A DNA stretch of 64,000 bases from SAR202 cluster bacterium (GTDB lineage: Bacteria; Chloroflexota; Dehalococcoidia; Lucifugimonadales; UBA6927): positions 20,815 through 84,814 of the forward strand of contig JAKUTX010000004.1 in the NCBI GenBank assembly GCA_022447855.1, read 5' to 3'. Shown in pieces: positions 57,479 to 64,000 of the stretch (its first letter is position 1; the number at the start of each line of letters is the position of its first letter). The notes below the pieces were generated by a model. The model had not been told where the DNA came from. It saw only the letters and a program-made list of their open reading frames with translations, and ran no database searches. The translations under genes were made by a program, and so were the position numbers.

Positions 57479-57901
57479 ATGGCAACTACACCATTAATAG
57501 AAGTTACTTCCATCGCAGCCCAAAAAATCGAAGAAGTTTTAAACGAGCAATCCGATGGGCATACAATGCTCAGAGTAATTGCTACACCGGGACCTGAAGG
57601 AGGGCTTCAATATGCGCTTGGATCAGAAGACCAGGTTAATGATGACGATGTAGTTATAGATACTGACACTGTCAAAATACTTATTGATAGCCAAAGCGCT
57701 CCTCTCATTGAAGGATCACAAATTGACTATGTAGATAGTCTAATGCGAAGTGGATTCGTAATTAGTAATCCAAACGTTGCAGGAGGCTGTGGCGGTGGCG
57801 GTTGTGGATGCGGTGGCGGTGGCGGAGCAGGTGGGTGTGGTGGAGGCGGCGGATATGCAGGCGGATGCGGCAGCGGCGCTTGTGGTTGTGGCGGCCACTA
57901 A
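57479..57901 (+). CDS. HesB/IscA-family protein with a 40-residue Gly/Cys-rich C-terminal tail
   Basis: A-type carrier fold motifs (LRV....GP.GGLQYAL, IDYVDSLMRSGFVISNPNV). The usual first Cys is absent. The usual C-terminal CGCG..F is replaced by AGGCGGGGCGCGGGGGAGGCGGGGGYAGGCGSGACGCGGH. Confidence 0.75.
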   Translation: MATTPLIEVTSIAAQKIEEVLNEQSDGHTMLRVIATPGPEGGLQYALGSEDQVNDDDVVIDTDTVKILIDSQSAPLIEGSQIDYVDSLMRSGFVISNPNVAGGCGGGGCGCGGGGGAGGCGGGGGYAGGCGSGACGCGGH

Positions 57902-57959
57902 TTTCCTATCCATAATTATCAGTTGTTTTAAACCCGATTAAAACTAGAAATATATTGAT

Positions 57960-58658
57960 GTGATATTCAATTTACTTGACCAGTTGGCGGTTAATCCCAG
58001 TTCTGCTTTAATTGCGTTTACAACTTTTATAATAGCAATTGTAATTAGCTTGGTAATTCATGAATTCTCACATGCTATCATTGCAAACAAATTGGGAGAT
58101 TCTACCCCTAAATACCATGGTAGAATATCTTTAAACCCAAAATCTCATCTTGATCTTTTTGGATCTGTAATGTTCTTAATTGCGGGTTTCGGATGGGCAA
58201 AACCCGTAATTGTTGACAGAAGAAACCTTATAATCGGCGAATATTTAGGAATGTGCTTCGTTTCAATAGCAGGGCCATTGTCGAACATATTCTTAGCTCT
58301 TATTATAGCAATATCTGTTAAATTGAACTTCTTAGACCCTTCTAACTTTTCAGTAGCTCCATTTGAAATTAATTCAAATAATTTTATCGGACTATTCTTT
58401 GGAACTTTATATTTTTGGAATCTACTTTTAGCCTCATTAAACCTACTCCCTCTGCCGCCATTGGATGGATTCAAAGTCATCCAGGGTCTAACCCCAAAAG
58501 ACGTAGCGCTTCAACTAGATCGCATCAGTAACTACACTTGGATATTTTTAGCAATAGTAATAATCGCTGATGTAATTTTACAGATTGGAATTCTGTCTAC
58601 CGTTTTAATTCCGATAGTAATTCTATTAGATAATTTTATGGGATCTATAATTTTCTGA
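57960..58658 (+). CDS. site-2 protease family (M50) membrane metalloprotease
   Basis: HEFSHAIIA (HExxH) in TM1 and the LNLLPLPPLDG motif. Multiple TM segments. GTG start. Confidence 0.85.
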   Translation: MIFNLLDQLAVNPSSALIAFTTFIIAIVISLVIHEFSHAIIANKLGDSTPKYHGRISLNPKSHLDLFGSVMFLIAGFGWAKPVIVDRRNLIIGEYLGMCFVSIAGPLSNIFLALIIAISVKLNFLDPSNFSVAPFEINSNNFIGLFFGTLYFWNLLLASLNLLPLPPLDGFKVIQGLTPKDVALQLDRISNYTWIFLAIVIIADVILQIGILSTVLIPIVILLDNFMGSIIF

Positions 58659-58727
58659 AAATGCAAAAATAGACATTGTTTGTGCTAGAATTTCTTAAGT
58701 CTCTGAAAATTATGATTGGAGTGAGTT

Positions 58728-59747
58728 TTGGAAAAAATCGCATTAATTGGTTTGACGCCAAAAAGCGTTTCCCTTGCAATGGCATTAGAAAACGCCAAAC
58801 TTAAAAACACAAAAATCATTGGTATGGATATCCGTAGGAATATAACTAACCAAGTAAAAAAACTGAAATTGATTTCTAACATTACTGCTAGTTATTCAAA
58901 TGCTGTGACAGATGCCAATCTGGTAATTATCGATGTTCCTATAAGTTCTATGAAAGACACTCTTCAAGGAATATCAAACGGATTATCAGAAATTTCAGTA
59001 GTTGTAGATTTATGTTCATCAAAATCTCTTGCAATTAATTTGGCCCATGAAATCCTACCGAACAAAAACAATTTCATAGGAGGGCATCCACTAATCAAAA
59101 ACTTGCCGGAATCTATCGAAGAAGCAAATTCCGCACTTTTCCAAGGATCTATTTTCTGCCTCACGCCAGATCCTAAAGCAGATCCATCTGCAGTTAAACT
59201 AGTTACTGGATTAGCAGAATTGATTGGCTCAAACACTATGTTTATTGACGCTACAGAGCACGACAGTTTTATGTCAGCCGTTGAGTATTTACCGATTCTT
59301 ATATCTGCTTCTTTTGTATCAGCAACTACTAAAAGTAGCTCTTGGCGAGACATGTATAAATTAACAACATCAAACTATACTAACCTTTCCAAATTGTCAG
59401 ATACTGACCCCAGAGAAAGCGAAGCGATATTATTATCTAATTCTGAGGAAATGGTTATGTGGATTGATTCAATTATTGCCGAGTTATTTAAATACCGCGA
59501 AAATATTTCGGCTAAATCGGATGAATTATTTGAGTCTTTGGTTTATTCATGGGAAGAACATGCAAAATGGGAAGCAAATGCAGTCGATACCAAACCTGAT
59601 GACCCAACTCTACCAGGCCAAGGCAGTTATATAGCTTCTTCATTTTTTGGAGAATACCTCACCAACAGATATAAATCTTCAAAACAAAATGACAAGGAAA
59701 ATGATTCTGAAGAATGGAAATATAAAGGTAGAGGACTTAGGAGTTAG
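58728..59747 (+). CDS. prephenate/arogenate dehydrogenase-like protein (divergent)
   Basis: TyrA-like blocks: DLCSSK, FIGGHPL, and TEHDSFMSAVEYLPILIS. Position is immediately upstream of aroA. The GxGxxG motif is degenerate (IGLTPKS). TTG start after GGAGTGAG. Confidence 0.6.
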   Translation: MEKIALIGLTPKSVSLAMALENAKLKNTKIIGMDIRRNITNQVKKLKLISNITASYSNAVTDANLVIIDVPISSMKDTLQGISNGLSEISVVVDLCSSKSLAINLAHEILPNKNNFIGGHPLIKNLPESIEEANSALFQGSIFCLTPDPKADPSAVKLVTGLAELIGSNTMFIDATEHDSFMSAVEYLPILISASFVSATTKSSSWRDMYKLTTSNYTNLSKLSDTDPRESEAILLSNSEEMVMWIDSIIAELFKYRENISAKSDELFESLVYSWEEHAKWEANAVDTKPDDPTLPGQGSYIASSFFGEYLTNRYKSSKQNDKENDSEEWKYKGRGLRS

Positions 59748-59753
59748 TACAAA

Positions 59754-61079
59754 ATGCAACGGATAATTGAAAATGCTAATAGTTTATCCGGATCAATATC
59801 GCCACCCGGAGACAAATCAATATCCATTCGTTCCGCAATTTTAAACACAATTGCTACTGGATCTGCGCAGGTTTCTAACTTCTGTGTTGGGGATGATAGA
59901 AATTCTATTCTAAATTGCTTACAGGGCCTTGGAGCGAAAATCACCAGTTTGTCTCCTAGGGGTACAAAAGAAAAAGATGAAATTTTTCAAATAGAAGGTT
60001 CTGGCTATGAAGGACTTTCAGAACCTTTAGATGTTCTAAATGCAGGAAACAGTGGAACTACCATTAGATTAATTTCAGGATTACTTGCAGCACAACCATT
60101 TTTCAGTGTTATCACTGGAGACGACTCGTTAAGAAAAAGACCTATGAAACGCATTACGAAGCCTTTGATTTTAATGGGATCTAAAATTTCCGGCAGAGAA
60201 AATGGTTCGTTAGCACCTTTATCAATTAACGGAGGAAATCTAGCAGGAATCGAATATGAAATGCCTGTAGCAAGCGCTCAATTAAAATCAGCCATATTAT
60301 TAGCAGGAATGCATGCAAAATCTAAGACTACAATTTTCCAACCTGCTAAATCCAGGGATCACACTGAAAGAATGATGAAGGCCATGGGCGCTGACATTAG
60401 TTATTGCGATGAGTCATTAGAAATATCAATATCTAATTCCCAACTGAATTCCATGGATGTCGTTGTTCCGTGTGATATTAGTGGTGCATCTTTTTGGATG
60501 ATTGCAGGATGTTGTCATCCAAATGCAGACATAAAAATTACCAATGTAGGAATTAATCCTTCAAGGACAGGAGTATTAGAAGTACTACAAGAAATGGGTG
60601 CTAATATTAGTAAAGAAAATGTTTCGTCACAGAGCGGTGAGCCCACTGCAGACATCATTGTAAAAACTAGCAAGCTAAAGTCAGTAGAAATTGGAGGAGA
60701 GATAATTCCACGAGTCATAGATGAATTACCAATATTGGCTCTCGCTGCCTGTTTTGCAGAAGGTAAAACAATCATTAGAGATGCAAAAGAACTTAGGGTA
60801 AAAGAATCCGATAGAATTTCAGCAACTGTATCAGGCCTAAAAACTCTAGGGGCAAGCATCACTGAAACTGAAGACGGGATGATCATCTACGGCAATGACA
60901 AACTAACAGGAGGTGTAGTTGAAAGCCACCATGATCATCGGATTGCTATGACGATGGGTATTGCAGGACTAATAGCCTCAGGAACCACAACAATCACAAA
61001 TGCAGAAGCAGCTGAAATTTCATACCCTTCATTCTGGAATGAACTAGGCCAACTTTCCATGGAAAACCGTTCTCACTAA
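59754..61079 (+). CDS. aroA: 3-phosphoshikimate 1-carboxyvinyltransferase (class II EPSP synthase type)
   Basis: PGDKSISIRS, LNAGNSGTTIRL, RPMKRI, KESDRI and HDHRIAM motifs. Confidence 0.95.
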   Translation: MQRIIENANSLSGSISPPGDKSISIRSAILNTIATGSAQVSNFCVGDDRNSILNCLQGLGAKITSLSPRGTKEKDEIFQIEGSGYEGLSEPLDVLNAGNSGTTIRLISGLLAAQPFFSVITGDDSLRKRPMKRITKPLILMGSKISGRENGSLAPLSINGGNLAGIEYEMPVASAQLKSAILLAGMHAKSKTTIFQPAKSRDHTERMMKAMGADISYCDESLEISISNSQLNSMDVVVPCDISGASFWMIAGCCHPNADIKITNVGINPSRTGVLEVLQEMGANISKENVSSQSGEPTADIIVKTSKLKSVEIGGEIIPRVIDELPILALAACFAEGKTIIRDAKELRVKESDRISATVSGLKTLGASITETEDGMIIYGNDKLTGGVVESHHDHRIAMTMGIAGLIASGTTTITNAEAAEISYPSFWNELGQLSMENRSH

Positions 61080-61657
61080 TGATGTATTTAAATCACTTGA
61101 AAAATGCTTCAAAAATCTATTTGATTTCAGGACCATCAGGAGTGGGGAAAGACACGCTAATTAATAAATTGAAGTCAAAATCACCTAACTATTTTTACCC
61201 CATTACCGCAACATCAAGACCTAAAAGACATAACGAAACCGATGGAAAACATTACATTTTCTTATCGGAAAAAAAATTCCAACAATTGATTAACACCAAT
61301 GAAATGCTCGAATGGGCCAAAGTATACGGACATTATTACGGGGTTCCACTATCTCAGATAAATGAGGCGATTTCTCTTGATAAAGTAATTGTGATTAAAA
61401 TTGATGTTCAAGGTGTTAATACCCTGAAAGAAATTTTCCCCTTATCAACATCAATTTTCATCGCTCCAGCACTAAAGTCAGACTTGATAGAAAGACTAAA
61501 AATACGGAATTCGGAAAATGACGAGAGCATTGAATCTAGAGTAAATGCAGCTGAGAATGAACTTGCCTTATCTAAAAACTTTGACCATATTGTGATAAAT
61601 GCGAACAATCTAATTGATACTACAGTCAAAAAAATTCAAAAAATTATTCAACCTTAG
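61079..61657 (+). CDS. gmk: guanylate kinase
   Basis: P-loop SGPSGVGKDT and ATSRPKRHNETDGKHYIF (TTRxPRxGExxGxxYxF pattern). Its start overlaps the last base of the aroA stop codon. Confidence 0.85.
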   Translation: MMYLNHLKNASKIYLISGPSGVGKDTLINKLKSKSPNYFYPITATSRPKRHNETDGKHYIFLSEKKFQQLINTNEMLEWAKVYGHYYGVPLSQINEAISLDKVIVIKIDVQGVNTLKEIFPLSTSIFIAPALKSDLIERLKIRNSENDESIESRVNAAENELALSKNFDHIVINANNLIDTTVKKIQKIIQP

Positions 61658-61683
61658 TACGATCTGAATTTGGAGATCATAAA

Positions 61684-64000
61684 ATGACAACCTTTCAACA
61701 ATCTATTTTGCCAGATTACATTAATCCTATACGTTATATTTTAAAATTTTCACCTAACCTAGAGAACTTCACATTTTCAGGAAATGAAACAATTGAATTA
61801 AACATTTCAAAGTCTTTTAACGAAATCACCCTGCATTCTTCAGAAATCGACATAATCGATGTAGACCTGTCAGGAAAAAATCCATCAATTGCATCAGATA
61901 TTGAATCTGAAACAGTCACTTTTCAATTTGATACCGAAATCCCTGCTGGGAATTATTCTCTAAATATTAATTTTTGTGGAACATTAAATGATCGATTAAG
62001 AGGTTTTTATAGAAGTAGATATCTAGATACAAGTGGCACAGAAAAATTCATGGCTACTACGCAATTTGAGGCCACTGATGCTCGTAAGGCATTCCCATGC
62101 TGGGATGAGCCTGAATCAAAATCAATCTTTTCAGTTTCAATAACCCTCCCAGAGGAATTAACTGCAATTTCTAATATGCCTGAAGATCAAATACTAGATT
62201 TAGGTAATGGATTAAAAAATGTTACTTTTGCCGACACCCCAATAATGTCTACGTATCTACTGGGCTTCACAATAGCCGAGATGGAATGTGTCCAAAGGAA
62301 GACTAAGCACGGAACTCTAATGAGGGTATGGACTACTAAAGGAAAAGAAAATCAAGGAAATTGGGCTTTAGAATCCAGTATTCAATTATTAGATTTTTTC
62401 AATGACTATTTTGGAATTCCATATCCCCTACCAAAATTAGATCATTTAGCAATACCTGATTTTGCTGCAGGAGCAATGGAAAATTGGGGTATCATCACGT
62501 ACAGAGAAGTTGTACTACTAATGGACGAAGACAACACTGCGGCCACAACAAAACAATTCATAGTTGAAGTAATAGCCCATGAAATGGCACACCAATGGTT
62601 CGGAAATTTGGTGACCATGAAATGGTGGAATGATTTATGGCTCAATGAAAGTTTTGCCTCATGGATGGGTGACAAAGCCACCGATTGGCTTCATCCAGAA
62701 TGGGACATGTGGACCCAATTCCTCACTCATGATACAAACAGGGGATTGTCTTTGGACGGACTTGCGAATTCCCACCCTATAGAACAAGATGTTAAAAACC
62801 CTGCGGAAATAGGACAGCTTTTTGATGCTATTAGCTATAGCAAAGGCGCTTCAATACTCCGTATGTTGGAGCAATTCCTAGGTGAAGAAACTTTTAAATC
62901 AGGATTGAGAAATTATTTGAAAGAACATGCTTATGCTAATGCAACAACACATGACCTTTGGAAGTCACTTGAAGAAGCATCTGGATTGCCTGTAAATCAA
63001 ATTATGGAATCGTGGACAACACAAACTGGATTTCCAGTCTTAAAAGTCAAAACAGAAAAACAACACGATTCACTATCAATTAATTTTGAACAAAATCAAT
63101 TCAGATATGACAATATACTCAATGAATCAACACAGAATGATTCACTTTGGCAAATCCCAATCAGTGTTTCCTCTTCTGCAACCGATTCAACAATCCGTGA
63201 ACTTATGACAACCAGAGCTTTCACATTAAATTTAAAACACCAAAACACATCTTGGATCAAAATCAATCCCAGTCACTCAGCATTTTATCGAGTTCAATAT
63301 GAATCTTCAGACCTAGAAAAACTGTCTGAGCCTATTTCTTCATTAACTTTAAAACCATCTGATCGATTAGGAATACAAAGTGATGCTTTTGCCTTGTCAA
63401 AAGCTGGAATCATAAATGCTACAAATTATTTAAAAATCTTAAGTTATTATCCAAAAGAAAATGATGCTTCAGTATGGAGTGATATTGCTTCAAATATAGA
63501 ATATTTTTCAAATCTGCTTGAAAATTCATCTTTATATCCTAAGTTCAAAACATTTATAAATAATATAGTCTCTCCTTCAGCTACTCTAATCGGTTGGGAC
63601 CCTAAGCCAGATGAAACTCATCTCGATTCATTACTTAGATCCATATTATTAAATCTTCTAGGGAAATTTGCAGACCCTTCAACTTTAAAAGAGTCTCAAA
63701 GACGATTTGAAAATTACTTTGAGAATCCAACTAATTTAAATCCAGACATAAGATTGATGGTGTTTTCTAACGTGGCAAGAACTGGGGTTGAAAAATATTA
63801 TGATCAAATGTGGGATGCACACAATTCTGCTGAATTACATGAAGAGAAAGTTCGATTATTAATGGGAATGACAAGATACTCAAACCCAGAGATAATTAAT
63901 GATTTACTTAAGAAAACATTATCTAATCAAATTAGATCGCAAGACACAATCAGCGTAATATCTGGAATTATGTCTAACAATCTGGGTAGAGAACTGGGAT
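61684..64000 (+). CDS. pepN: aminopeptidase N (M1 family), 3' end outside the window
   Basis: My translation from the ATG at 61684 stays open to the window end. GAMENWG exopeptidase motif and HEMAHQWFGNLVTMKWWNDLWLNESFA zinc site (HExxH-x18-E). Confidence 0.9.
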   Translation, partial: MTTFQQSILPDYINPIRYILKFSPNLENFTFSGNETIELNISKSFNEITLHSSEIDIIDVDLSGKNPSIASDIESETVTFQFDTEIPAGNYSLNINFCGTLNDRLRGFYRSRYLDTSGTEKFMATTQFEATDARKAFPCWDEPESKSIFSVSITLPEELTAISNMPEDQILDLGNGLKNVTFADTPIMSTYLLGFTIAEMECVQRKTKHGTLMRVWTTKGKENQGNWALESSIQLLDFFNDYFGIPYPLPKLDHLAIPDFAAGAMENWGIITYREVVLLMDEDNTAATTKQFIVEVIAHEMAHQWFGNLVTMKWWNDLWLNESFASWMGDKATDWLHPEWDMWTQFLTHDTNRGLSLDGLANSHPIEQDVKNPAEIGQLFDAISYSKGASILRMLEQFLGEETFKSGLRNYLKEHAYANATTHDLWKSLEEASGLPVNQIMESWTTQTGFPVLKVKTEKQHDSLSINFEQNQFRYDNILNESTQNDSLWQIPISVSSSATDSTIRELMTTRAFTLNLKHQNTSWIKINPSHSAFYRVQYESSDLEKLSEPISSLTLKPSDRLGIQSDAFALSKAGIINATNYLKILSYYPKENDASVWSDIASNIEYFSNLLENSSLYPKFKTFINNIVSPSATLIGWDPKPDETHLDSLLRSILLNLLGKFADPSTLKESQRRFENYFENPTNLNPDIRLMVFSNVARTGVEKYYDQMWDAHNSAELHEEKVRLLMGMTRYSNPEIINDLLKKTLSNQIRSQDTISVISGIMSNNLGRELG

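Noticed and set aside
57779-57901. The Gly/Cys tail resembles thiazole/oxazole-modified microcin cores (microcin B17-like), which suggests a RiPP precursor
   Set aside because: No cyclodehydratase, dehydrogenase or YcaO genes are present in the neighbourhood. The would-be leader is a full, folded IscA domain. A metal or Fe-S binding role is more parsimonious. It is kept only as a remote possibility within the related finding.
61079-61657. Expected cmk here because of the common aroA-cmk-rpsA neighbourhood
   Set aside because: The sequence carries guanylate kinase signatures (GPSGVGKDT; TSRPKRHNETDGKHYIF), not the cytidylate kinase pattern. It is called gmk.
1-64000. Looked for CRISPR arrays, IS elements or transposases, integrases, phage genes, toxin-antitoxin pairs and long direct or inverted repeats
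   Set aside because: None were seen by eye. Every sizeable ORF is accounted for by housekeeping or metabolic families. The only PIN domain is the conserved YacL, not a VapC toxin. A computational repeat search was not possible here.

Overview
AT-rich, very gene-dense chromosomal core segment. Intergenic DNA is minimal and there are many 1-4 nt start/stop overlaps, such as TAATG and ATGA junctions. I saw no mobile elements, CRISPR array, prophage or recognisable defence genes. The gene set points to a streamlined, probably monoderm-type marine bacterium (Chloroflexota- or Actinomycetota-like): ClpC, yacL-ispD-ispF-cysS synteny, SufS/SufU, NiSOD+SodX, a PAC2 protein and an 11-gene nuo operon. 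The lineage cannot be settled by eye. Main blocks in order: (1) PAC2, M20 peptidase, NUDIX, nadK and nuoA-B-C-D-H-I-J-K-(small ORF)-L-M-N on the minus strand; (2) polyprenyl synthase, YjbQ, phytoene/squalene synthase, nucleoside hydrolase; (3) sufB-C-D-sufU-rrf2-sufS-sufU2; (4) an orphan family-5 solute-binding lipoprotein, tatD, an EVE-like/membrane protein pair; (5) yacL-ispD-ispF-cysS; (6) NHL-repeat protein, DUF1800, secG, gatB, pcm; (7) sirC-hemC-cobA/hemD-hemB; (8) sodX/sodN; (9) a cupin-KPR-cupin operon divergent from an M20-larA operon; (10) tRNA-Thr/Tyr/Thr, tuf, rpmG, secE, nusG, rplK, rplA, rplJ, rplL; (11) larC, clpC, rpsA, a stand-alone 5S rRNA; (12) an IscA-like protein, M50 protease, TyrA-like protein, aroA, gmk and a partial pepN. 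I do not see an obvious new multi-gene system. The best candidates for follow-up are: the KPR/cupin plus M20/LarA island of unknown substrate; the IscA-like protein with a 40-residue Gly/Cys tail; the Shine-Dalgarno-equipped DUF2007-like ORF inside a nuoEFG-less nuo operon; the orphan 5S rRNA with its own near-consensus promoter; and the duplicated sufU with an internal Rrf2 gene. All family calls come from motif recognition by eye. No database search was run.
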